Below, piece after piece: positions 43,320 through 54,152 of a stretch of DNA of 64,000 nt. The stretch lies in contig OZ316775.1 in NCBI GenBank assembly GCA_973851085.1, positions 15,190,001-15,254,000 of the forward strand, read 5' to 3'. Below the pieces are notes generated by a model. The model had not been told where the DNA came from. It was given only the letters and a program-made list of their open reading frames with translations, and made no database searches. The position numbers and the translations under genes were made by a program. Source of the stretch: Ptychomitrium polyphyllum. Taxonomy: Eukaryota. Numbering within the stretch: the first letter of the stretch is position 1; every line of letters starts with the position of its first letter.

Positions 43320-43389
43320 AATGATTTGACAACATTAATTGAAAATAAACAATAAATGATTTGACGACATTAATTGAAAATAAACAATA
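43320..43389. repeat. 35-bp tandem duplication
   Basis: aatgatttgac(a/g)acattaattgaaaataaacaata twice, one mismatch. Confidence 0.85.
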
Positions 43390-44828
43390 GACATTTATTC
43401 TCCATATTTTTTGTAACTGTTGTAGAAAATCCATTTTGCATATATCTGTTTACATATGCTCTAATTTTATACACTTATAACTTTGACTTCATATTTACAA
43501 TACTTCTCATGTACTACTTCAATAGTCCTTGCTCGTATATACAACTCTTTTTACAATGTATGCACTGTATCTATGTCTTTTCACACCATGATAGTTCAAA
43601 CTTCATAAGTTTATAATTTTGTATTTGGAAAAGTTTATAGCATTTTCCCTCGTTGTAAACAAAGTAAGTTTCTCATCTCGTGATGGAAAATTTGGGTGCT
43701 CCTGTTTTACCAATAGGTGGTAGAGATTACAAACCTCATCACTACAGTTTGATAGAAATGCAGAAAACAGCTCATGTCTTCATAATGGATTCAGGTTAAA
43801 CAAAAAACTAAGAGTACGTCCACCTAAGACAGCTGTAGTAGCAGGTCCGAGGAATCCATGAGCGTTGCTCTGCAAAAACAAAACAAAGAGTTATGCATTA
43901 TCCAAAGCATGGTAGAAAAACGTTGGAAAGATGACGTAAAAACCTCAATACACATGATCTTTGGCAAATTGTAATCACTCTAGCAAGTTCTGTAGAACCA
44001 CGGTTGGCAATTCCCATGGGACAAATCATTCTAAGAGCTTTCTACTAATCTCTCCAAGTTCGGCTGCAGGAAGGCTTCAACATCGACCCACTTTCGCTCT
44101 GTACTTTCCTGTCCTTCAGAATTCAGGACCTTATTCACAAGTATGCATGGAACCTCACAGATAGGCAGCTTACATGCGTAAGATAAAAGATTGCCACTTC
44201 ATTTTGTAGCAGTATCGCTTCCTTTGAGACAAGCAGTATACGACGAAAGCATTATCTGCACGAAATGTGAAGTCGTGAAATCAGTCCAAGCTTCCTAAGG
44301 TTGCATGGAGTAGAAAGAAGTGCATCATTCCTACGCTCCATTAAGCCCTGCTTGTAACAAGCTTCAAATGAGAAAGGATATTCAGAGTTAACTTGGAAAA
44401 GCAGTGGAACTGCATGAATATGAAAGGGAGTAGCTCACTTTTCCAGGTAAGCTCATGTCAGAGCCTTCAGGTTGAAGAGCGACTGATATAGAACTCATAA
44501 GCAACTGGGGTAATATGAATCGCAAACATCTGTGTTGAGCCTCGTCAGCGATTAGCTCACTTCCGTAATACGTGGAAGAATTGCTGTCCATGAAGGAAAC
44601 ATCAACTCATATGATACTACTCAACTCAACTTCGATCTAAGGTAAACGAAAATGATGAAATAATAGCATCCTCTGAAAACAAAGATGTGAAAGAATCAGG
44701 GACATTGGCCACAATAACTACAGAATCTCTCTCTTCTCAACTCCTAAAATGACCCAGGGGCCAGGAACGGTTAACCCAAAGAAAACCTGATGCTAACACA
44801 TTAATCTGTTCAGGTGAAATAAAAACAC

Positions 44829-47513
44829 TCAGGTGAAATTCCCCACCGATGCCATCTGCGCCACTACTACACTAACCACCATGAACAAGACGTACCAGCT
44901 GATCAAGCACTTTCCCCAAATGCGTGTCACCTGAAACTTAGAAGAAGAAACAACACAAAGAGTCCCGAGCAAGTTCAGGGTGAGAAACCCAAAAGCAACC
45001 AAGATTCCCGGGTGGTGGTCTAACTGGTAGCCCACTGAGAAATCCTTAGCAGTTCGTAAGCATAAAGCTGACCCCAATCCTACCAGCATGTTGAACATAG
45101 GACCTGCAAAGCAACCGGCTACAGCCATTGTCGGTTGGCCAACCCTAGCTACAGCAACATCGGCCACGAGATCGCCAATGGAGTTCCCCCAAGCAAGCAC
45201 TGTTAATCCCAACAACGCTGGCGAGACCCCAAGAATGATCCCGAGTGTCACCAAACAGCCAAGCAGCTCGCCGGCAATAACAGATATCCAAAATACACTC
45301 ATTATAAAGGCAACTACTACTACTAGAAATTGGCCATGAGCAGGAGGCCGTTTCACAGCCAGGTAGTAAGCGGCCCCCATAAATGCTCCCTGGAGCAATA
45401 TGAGGACCCAAATAGGGAGTCGCAAGGATGGAGCCAGAAAGACAATGTGGCGATTGAGGGACACTAATGAAGTGGACATGTAGAGTATAAGCAGTGGGCA
45501 CAGCACCACGTTGGCCGTTCCATAGTTCCTACTCCATTTTGCTGGTTCGATTTCAGGTACCGTAGACTTCAATAATATTGTTACAGGCAGGTTCAATGCC
45601 CTTATCACCTGCCAAAAACAGAACGACTCTGAGGACCATATTAGCTAAAGCTGGCTATACATTTGTTATTCATATGCATGTCCGTTCATGTTTATGAGTG
45701 CTGTTCGTCAGGGAGTTAAAAGTCACAGCTTTGTCGTCTTTGTAGACATAGAAGTTTGATCAAGTCCTACTCAGGAAAAATTAACTCACATACGAGGTCC
45801 ACTGTAGCAGAGCTGAATACAGCACGCCAGAAATATGAAGTGGATGATAAAGCAAGAAATGAATATAATGAGCGCACCTCTTCTGTATTGAATAGTTCCG
45901 TGAACCCCCTTGCAGGGCTCGGAAACCAATCCCAGCACTTGTCCACTGAAATTACCACGGCTTCTGGTTCAGTCCCCGCTTTCTCAGATTCTCCAAATTT
46001 GAAGGGTGAGATATTCACTGTTACTTCAGCTTCCTCAGGCGTGTCCTCAATATTCAAAACTTTGAGAGAATCCTTCAACTGCTTCGAGCTCGTTTCAATC
46101 TTCTGCACGACTTCGGTATCCATCTCAGTAGTAGCACCTTTGGGAGCTTGACTGTTTGTGGGAATAGAATCCACCTCTTTCTTGTCGGTACAAAGTACGA
46201 CGATGACAAAGACCACGTAGAAAGAAACCATCCCTACTGCTTGCCAGAACACAATTTCTCCTTTCAGATATATAATGAAAAAAAGACACACTGCTCCAAG
46301 GTAGAACAATACGTCTCGAATGAAGGGCATAGGCTGCACAGAGAAGGGCGCGGCTGCCAGAGCCACTGATCCAACCACGAAGGCGGACACAAACGTTCCC
46401 GCACTCAGAATGGCACTGAATCCAATCCTCGAATTATCACCTCCAATTGCAGCCAGAGAGGCAAAAATATCAGGTGCTCCATTCCCAAGAGCAAGCAAGG
46501 TCACTCCACCCATACTTGGTGTCAACCCCAGCATCTCCACCAACCGCCGAACTACAGGAGAGAAGTAATTCTCTGCTGTTTCTGCTAAGATATAGAAGGC
46601 CAGTATGAGCACTGTCACCAACACAGGAACCGAAATCCACTTGGCTCCCCCCATCCCACAGTAATGGAAGACGAGATAGTTCACCATACTTTGCCCACTA
46701 TCATCCGCGCAATGCACACGCGCCATTTGACATCGCACAAGTGCAGGCTCCGCAGCAACACTCTCACATTGCCTACGCATAGCTATCATGTCAGAAAGGT
46801 AATTTATAGAGTTTGCGTCGAAAAACCCCACAATCCAAATTTCCTGCAACCTAACCTCTCAATTTCTAACCTAATTTTGCGTGACGTTGTCGAAAGCAAA
46901 CATTGCTCTTCACTAAAAGCATGCTTCTAAATTAGCCCATAGAGCACTTTAGCATGCAAAAAACTATCAGAACCTCAACATTTTCTCGATGAAAGCGTTA
47001 AAAGCAACAATAGAGTCCCAGATCCATGCAACAGTACATTCTCCCTGACACGACCAACTACAAGATTGAAAATTTCACCACGGAAGCAAAACCCCTTCAG
47101 CTGTAGCCTGATCTCAACAATACTATCACACCCACAATTCGCTCCAACTCAGTCATTCTCCACGACACAACCCTGAACCCCAATATAAAAGCAAGCCCAC
47201 TTCCAAGACGCCTGCACTCCTCCAAGAAACGGGAAATGAAAGGGAAAAACTCCACAACTAGTCTAGAACCCGGCGCACTACCATACCTGCTAGAGTCAAT
47301 TTGAGCTACTTGAACTCCTTCCTGAGGATCCAGAGCTTCCAGCAAACCCCTATGCTGGGTCACAGCCACCCGAGCTCCCTGAACCCACCAAGTATACAGC
47401 GACGCCAGAAGGAAGAACACCAAAATGCCAGCCCCCTTGACCTTGAACCGGAATGCGAGAGACGACGATCTTGTGCTGCCATGGATCCCTCCCATGATGC
47501 TCACGGCCGCCAC
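44829..47513 (-). CDS. CCX: Cation/calcium exchanger (CCX family, CCX5-like); exons 47513-47287, 46772-45878, 45608-44829
   Basis: Alpha-1 repeat GVTLLALGNGAPDIFAS and alpha-2 repeat GLTVLAWGNSIGDLVAD..AGCFAGPMFNML, many hydrophobic segments, in-frame GT-AG junctions. Confidence 0.93.
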
Positions 47514-48956
47514 AGGGGCAGAGGAGCATGGCTACAGACATCCCCCGGAGCACATGTCTGAGGAACACAACAGACTCACAGAGCGCGCAGATTGCATCTT
47601 CACAAGAAAGAGTGCATTAGGTCTTAGAGCAACAATAATTGACATGGCTCTCATCTATAAACGGAATGATGCATCGTATGCTCTACTCTCGTGATGATCT
47701 TCCTACTGCATGCCAGACATCACTTGCATAACTCGCGTCTCCATCTCTGTCCTTCCGCACATCGGTGCTCCATCGTGGACGACCGAGACTCGTCAAAGAA
47801 GTTGATTGACATTATGTGTAGCAGTGAGTCCTGAAAGACGATGATTTCAATATTAAATTTTCTAAAACATTTTCTGAGCAACGCAGACGAGTCGAATATA
47901 GATTTTCCTGGCAACTTCAAGCAAATCTAAAAGATTCGCAGTTGATTTAATAAGAGGTAAAGTTGTGAAATAATGCAGAAATGACCGGGCCTTCGGGGTA
48001 GAGATGTCGTCGTGACTTAGACGTACGTATTTTCATCCGGATACATACAAGCCGCACGTTTTATGTGCATTCTGGAGGAGATAATTGGGATGGAACTCAC
48101 AGTAGGAAAGCATGGGGTATCCTTGGACGCTGGAGAGAGTCCTGCGTTTTGTTGGAACCCTGGGCGTGAGCATTTTGGAAGTTGGGGTTGCAGTTGCTAC
48201 CTTGTGAGCCTCTCTGCTCGCAAATTTGCTGCTGAATTCTCGCCCAACGTTCTTTTGCATGGTTCACGTCGGCCTTTGAAGCGGTTGAAGTGTTCTTTTC
48301 CCTTGTGTATGTCTTGACCTCACTTCGCATGTTGTTGCCAAATAGAGCTGAGGGGCACTCGTTTCTCTCGGACTTATGTTAGTGCGGTTGTTAGGATATT
48401 CTTCTGGTTGTCTTGGATGAGCAAGTCTTGTTCCAGAGCTTGCTGGCGGGAGAGCTCAACAGGGTTGAGGCTTATGTCGGTGAAGTTCGGTGAACATTAG
48501 TGGTGAGCTTGCGGCTGGCCTTTCGTTATGTAATTTTCGAGATAAAGGTCCGATTTCTATTAGTTGTACATGGGCCTGGGTGGATGTACTTACTTTCTCT
48601 TGTGCACTTACACCGAGTGTTCTTCATACCCGACAACTTCACTTATATGCCCATTTCAGTTTAATTTTGATGGCTAGAACAGATAGAGGTAGGACTGCGT
48701 CGCCACCGAATGTTTTGCTTGCTAAAACGTTATTTGCTTGTATGCATGTTGTTTCCTGACTTAGTCAGTTTGAGAAAGATAGTCGGTTGGTCTTCGGATA
48801 TGGATGATCTCGTTGATCCGTTGTGGAGGGATGGTGGATTACCGCTTTTCGTTTCTTTACCTTCAACATCCGAAATAAAGAGTTCCGAGTTTCATTATCT
48901 GGTCCATGAAGCAGGGCTAAGTCTGACTTGCCCTGTGCTTGTGACACGTTCGACAC

Positions 48957-49070
48957 ATGTGCCTACCACCCATATTGAGCATTCAAAATCGGCTACAATT
49001 GCCCAAGGCTCTCATAAATTGAGAGAGAGCAGTAGCCGGTTCCGACTGACCATGGGGATAGTGGGTACGT
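48957..49070 (+). ncRNA. Putative pre-miRNA hairpin 1; candidate mature 5p UUGAGCAUUCAAAAUCGGCUA (48975-48995)
   Basis: 5' arm 48957-48996 pairs imperfectly with 49032-49070 (cggctac/gtagccg; atgtgcctac/gtgggtacgt). About 6 mismatches across the 21-mer, so looser than hairpins 2 and 3. Confidence 0.55.
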
Positions 49071-49123
49071 ACTTCTGGAGAGTGCTGAGCGTCTGCACAC
49101 TGCTCCCGACCTGGTGAATAATT

Positions 49124-49216
49124 GATGCTCATTACCCACGTTGAACATTCAAAATCAGCTACACCAGTTTCAATGGCGCAGTTGGTTTTGAATGTCTGCT
49201 GGGGATGGTGAGTATT
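49124..49216 (+). ncRNA. Putative pre-miRNA hairpin 2; candidate mature 5p UUGAACAUUCAAAAUCAGCUA (49141-49161)
   Basis: 49124-49166 pairs with 49174-49216 around a 7-nt loop. 3 mismatches and 4 G:U pairs across the 21-mer. Confidence 0.72.
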
Positions 49217-49262
49217 TGACCTCGGAAAATGGAGCTTCTTGACCTGATCCGGTTGTTCATTC

Positions 49263-49369
49263 GTACTCACTCCCCACATCGAGCATTCAAAGTCTGCTAC
49301 AATCGTCGGGTCATCCATTAAATGGACGATTGTAGCAGGTTCTGAGTGCCCGATGCGGATCGTAAGTAC
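49263..49369 (+). ncRNA. Putative pre-miRNA hairpin 3; candidate mature 5p UCGAGCAUUCAAAGUCUGCUA (49279-49299)
   Basis: 45-nt arms (49263-49307 and 49325-49369) pair without gaps. 2 mismatches and 3 G:U pairs across the 21-mer. Perfect ctgctacaatcgtc/gacgattgtagcag upper stem. Confidence 0.78.
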
Positions 49370-49434
49370 TGACTTTGGAAGGAGCCTGAGCTTCTGCACC
49401 TAGCCTGATTATTCACTTGTACTTATCACCCACA

Positions 49435-49518
49435 TTGAACATTCAAAATCTACTACGATCGTCTCAAAACATTAATGGCATGAGATGATTGTGGCGGATG
49501 TCCTATCGGGATGTTTGA
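49435..49518 (+). ncRNA. Putative pre-miRNA hairpin 4, possibly degenerate; candidate mature 5p UUGAACAUUCAAAAUCUACUA (49435-49455)
   Basis: atctactacgatcgtctca pairs with tgagatgattgtggcggat using G:U. After an asymmetric bulge, ttgaacattc pairs with ggatgtttga. Confidence 0.5.
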
Positions 49519-49852
49519 GCATTGGCTGTTGAAATTTGCCTGAGCTTCTCCTGTAATTGAAGAATAGATTTAGAAACTTTACTATGGAGTTCGTAAAGAT
49601 GTCTCGCTCCACCTTTGGCATGGCATGGTTCGAGATTAAAACTCTTTAGTGAAAAGCTAGTGACATTATAGAAATGATTGGTTAAAGAAATTTAGCTTTG
49701 TGATTGGATAAAGAAATGATCGGATGATTTGCAGTCGGTCCAGTAGGCCTTAGAGTGATTTGAGATGCCACTTTTGCAACATTTTTATACAATCATAAGT
49801 GACTGCGGCACCAGGCTAGACCAGGTCAAGTAAATCATATTTGTCTAAAAGC

Positions 49853-51867
49853 CTAGTGAGTGCTGATGTAATTTTCTGCCCATACCCAAAGCTTTCTCTG
49901 TAAGTCTACGGCCACAGCTTTGCCTTTCAGAGGGAATTCATTACAATCTACGAAGTATTTCCCAGTTACTCCGTTGAGCTGAGAATTTGTTGCGACGTAC
50001 ACTTGTGATGCAGCGCCCTAACAAACGTCAATTCTCGATGGGTCAATTACAGGTTATCAAACGAACTCAATTGTCTTAAATAAGCAATTCCAGTTGGTGA
50101 TAGTAGTAGGCAGTTGGCTTGACAAAAAGTGTATATAATTAGTGATAATATTTCTCAACATACCTGTTCCAGGTTCTTGAGTATGATCGAGGGTATCATA
50201 TCTGGAGAAGGAAAACGGTGTTAATGTACCCGGATCGCCTCATGTTGACTATGGAATTACCGAAAGGGATGATTGATACACCTGTTAATTTCTTAGGCGG
50301 TCCAGGTTCTGAAAGGAATGAGCTCACAAGGTTTACCTGAGAGGAAGCCCAGAAATCCGTCTAGGTGGACAAGCTTGGTTCTGACGGCGCCTGGGTGAAG
50401 TGTGTTGACGATAACGTGGGCACCTTCTTCCTGTCCAGCGTCCCCGATGTTCCAGTCCATGGGTTAGTAACCCAGCTCTCTCTCAGAAACAAGTTCCTAA
50501 TGAAAATCCTCCATATGATAGAGATCTTGGTTCGTGTACTTTCTCACCTTTAAACGCACAGCGAGCTCTCTGCAATGTAGAATGCTAGCAAGCTTCGATT
50601 GACCATAGCCCGAGAATCCCCAGATCCTGTAGGGACCAATTTACCGCAACATGTCGTCAAAACCTCACTCCTATGGCAGAGAGGTGTGACCTTATTTCAA
50701 GGAAATATTTCGGAGTATGAATCGATGACCCAGTCAGTTAGCCTTACTCATTTGTGCCGATTAGTTTGTCAAATGCTATTCCACCTTTAGGAGTGAAATT
50801 GTAGATTGCACCAGAAACGATTACAATACGTCCTTCAGTACCACTTTCTTTGGCAGTTTCCTTCATGGTGTCGAGCAGCAAGTCCGTCAGCAAGAAGTGA
50901 CCTGCATTTCAGCCAGGAGAACCCATGGGCCACATCATTGGATAAGCTATTTTACAAATTTCTAGAAACTCAAACAGAGTAGTTCTCAAAATGCAATTCT
51001 CTCATCATTACAAGCCTTGTTGCTCATTCCAGTGGTAGTGTCCCCATCGACAGGCACTTACCCAAAAAGTTTGTTGCAAACATGAGCTCCAAGCCATGAC
51101 GTGTATTCTTCGGGCCTTTGCACAAGGCTATCCCTCCATTATTACTGCGATGAGCAAATGATCCAATAAGCAAATCTTCCTCATCGCACACAGGCGGTGT
51201 AAACTATGAAAAGTACCGTTCTGGCAACAATCTAAGGTAACCAATTTGTAACTCGCTATGTTTACGTGAGAAATTGGGGACGGACATGGACTATAGAAGA
51301 TGGAAACGTACACAAGAATATTGAGCGGCAGCTTTGAATCCTTGAATTCGGCAGCAAACTTGCGAACGGACATGAGGTCGCTTAGGTCCAAATGCATCAG
51401 GACAAGGCGTGCACCTGGGTTCTCCTTCAGAAATTCTGACTTCACTGCTTCTCCACGGTTCAAATTCCGGATTGCAAGGATTACTCGGGCTCCTCTCTTT
51501 GTCAGCACCCGTGCTGTCTCCATTCCAATCCCAGCCGTCGCACCTGCCACCCACATGTAAGAGGGCATCTCCTTGGGCAACTTATCCCTTGCTCTCGGTT
51601 GCTACCTAGATGCAGAGCAGTCATCTCTATGGTAGCTACATACAGTCCTCGTCAATTTCAACACTGAAAAGCTGTTGGCGATTTTATTTGAAGCAAGTCA
51701 GCTAGTCACATCGTGGCACAACACTGATTCTATCAAAAAGAGTCTAGATATGTACCTGTAACAATAGCTGTGTAATGTTTAAGGCTGAGACCTTCAGTGA
51801 CATCTTCAGCTGTTGAAGCTGACCCAAATCCGCTTTTCCCCTGAGAACCCCTGGCGTAGCTCCACAT
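49853..51867 (-). CDS. Short-chain dehydrogenase/reductase, Tic32/retinol-dehydrogenase-like, 8 exons
   Basis: Hand splicing gives an intact frame: MWSYARGSQGKSGFGSASTAEDVT..TAIVTGATAGIG, LVNNGGI, FATNFLGHFLLT, YGQSK (YxxxK), NTLHPGAVRT, QGAASQVYVA..GKYFVDCN..KLW..* (TAG 49855-49853). Confidence 0.92.
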
Positions 51868-53068
51868 CCCCCCCATCTTTTCAAAGTTCCTTCACCACTC
51901 AATAAGAAATAAGAACTTCCACAGGCTCCGTGCACTCACTCACATGAAAAGATGGGAAAAGCTTCAATCAATTCAGCCTCAAAACCTTCCAAATCAAGCG
52001 TATTTACAACCTTAGAAATCAAGAGAACAATACAATCAATAACGACATGTTTCTAGTAACCCAAGAATGCATTGTCAGTTTTCGTTGTTGTCTTGATTTG
52101 CTGTAACGTGATCGATCTTTGCAAGAACATAGACCATATAATCTGAACATTCGAGCTGACTTGGATATGCTCCGAACATTCGAGCCCGTCCTTTGACGAA
52201 CCTAGACACTGAATCACCGGGGATCTCTGACCCATGTTAGCAAGCGGTAGAATCTCTTTCCAGTGCACTAAAAGTCACAATGTTCGTGCACGAGCTCGAT
52301 GGACCACGTTCTGTTAAAACGTTAACTCCGAAATTGGAGGCCAAGATATCAAGACTGGAAGATTTCCGGCCTTTTTTGAGGCAGCGTAAATGAACAAGTC
52401 AAGGCCAATATTTGAAAAGCATCTACCTTCGAACGTTCACTCTGCTTAAATTTGGAGTGTGCCTGTAGTGGACATTTGAAACCCAGATGGTTACTCATTG
52501 GCCGATTTTATATTTCTAGTTTAGTTAATGGAGGACTGTGATGCTCTGTGCGCGTATTGACAAGAAACCGATAAAAAATTTGAGCTCGAATATTCACTTG
52601 GGAAACTTGTGTCAACCTCTGATGTGATTGCATTGTAATTCAAGCTGTTGTATCTAACTCGTCATACACAGAAGGTGCTCTATAAGATAACTAGGTATAA
52701 AAGAACAGTCTTGCAGTCGACTAAATGAACACTTCCGCGACAAGAACATCTCGCTATAACAACAGCAGTAGACAGGAGTCACAGAAGTGTAGAGAATTGA
52801 GGGACAGGTCTAGGCGATATTTGAACTTGCGCTACTGGATTCACAGTCCAATGTCCTGATCGCTAAACAACGGGACCAGGTGGCACAGTAACCGCGACTG
52901 ACCTATTTGGAACCCTAAAGCTCAACCAAAAGCAATTTGATAGAAACGACTTTGGATTCTGAGTTTCAATTCTTCTTCAAACCGCATGGGTTTTAGAAGA
53001 GATAATATGCATGTGAACCAGAGGAAAGGGTACAAAATTTGCTGCTATCGAAAGTACAGAACCTATGT

Positions 53069-54152
53069 CTAGTCCATGCGAACCTCGTACCACTGGAGGG
53101 ATCCCTGGCCATCTCCTAGGTCAAGTTCGCAGACAGCATTCACCAAAAATTGGACTGCTTCGTCTACATTCTTAAACTTCGTCATGTCTATAGGAAGCTC
53201 CTGGCCCGGCCATTCTTCCAACCATTTCTGCCATAAGAGTGCACAGAAGAACGGCATCAGAAACATCAGGAAAGGACCGCATGCATCAACACATTCAACA
53301 TTACACTAGAGCACACATCCCAACATGAACATAAACAAATACTGCATGGACATTCTACCTTCAGCTTCTCTTGCAGCTCTTCAGCTGTGACAAACTGCTC
53401 ATCCTCACCAGGTTCCATCAACACGTAATTCTCCGCATCTCCATACAACGTACTCCGACCTGACCGAGCCTGTACCACGATCTGCACACGAGAAAAATTT
53501 GGTATAATGTACTACCGTTCTCCAAAAACACCGTATCTCTTGCATCATATGAGATTCATAGTACTCCTCATTTCAATGTCTACCTGCATAAAAGCATGAA
53601 ACACAAGAATGTGCCGCAAGAAATGCAAACCTACACCTTGAAACAAGGATCTAAATCCCAACAAACCTGTGAGCCCTTTCCGTCACATGCCCCACTACAA
53701 AGAGTTCCATCTACTCGAGAGCTTCCTGAATAATTATGTACGAGTTCCGTCAACGGCAATGTCCAGACATTCTTAACGTCTGCGAAAAGACAGAATTGGG
53801 TTCAGAACAACAGCATATCGCACACTTATCTTCTCGCGACGAACCCACAAGGCCATGATTCAAATTCTCATCGTACCGTCTCCGGAGACAAGACGGAGGA
53901 ACGAAGACCCGTTTCCCTATTCTCACTTCTACACAAGCGTTGAATTACACGTCCATCATCTATAATGCTCACATTATAACAATCTCAAAAGGATCACGTA
54001 GAAGCGAAATTGGAATTGGTGAATACAGTACAACATGGAACGCGAGAAGATTTTCGGAAAGCGCTGGCTGACGTCGCAGACGCGCAAGGGAAGCGAGCAA
54101 GAGTGGAGCTCGGAACGCAGTGTTGGATTGCAGAAGCCATGTCTGTGCTCAT
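53069..54152 (-). CDS. CRR7: CHLORORESPIRATORY REDUCTION 7 (NDH assembly factor), plastid-targeted; 5' exon structure uncertain
   Basis: Conserved exons YVLMEPGEDEQFVTAEELQEKLK|KWLEEWPGQELPIDM..EAVQFLVNAVCELDLGDGQGSLQWYEVRMD*. A Ser/Ala-rich transit-peptide-like exon starts at ATG 54152 or 54140. Confidence 0.88.

Noticed and set aside
48983..49399. Minus-strand 138-aa ORF with repeated VADFECS as a real repeat protein
   Set aside because: It has a non-ATG start, only two of the four motif copies are in this frame, and the sequence between motifs is not conserved as protein. The G:U-compatible pairing points to a + strand RNA structure.
48957..49518. CRISPR array (regularly spaced conserved ~35-bp cores)
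   Set aside because: The context is eukaryotic with no cas genes, the cores are imperfect, and the 100-130 bp 'spacers' are related to each other and contain the reverse complement of the core, so the units are hairpins.
49853..51867. SDR as a pseudogene (only one fragment appears in the ORF track)
   Set aside because: Manual splicing of eight short exons gives an uninterrupted frame with the cofactor and YxxxK motifs.
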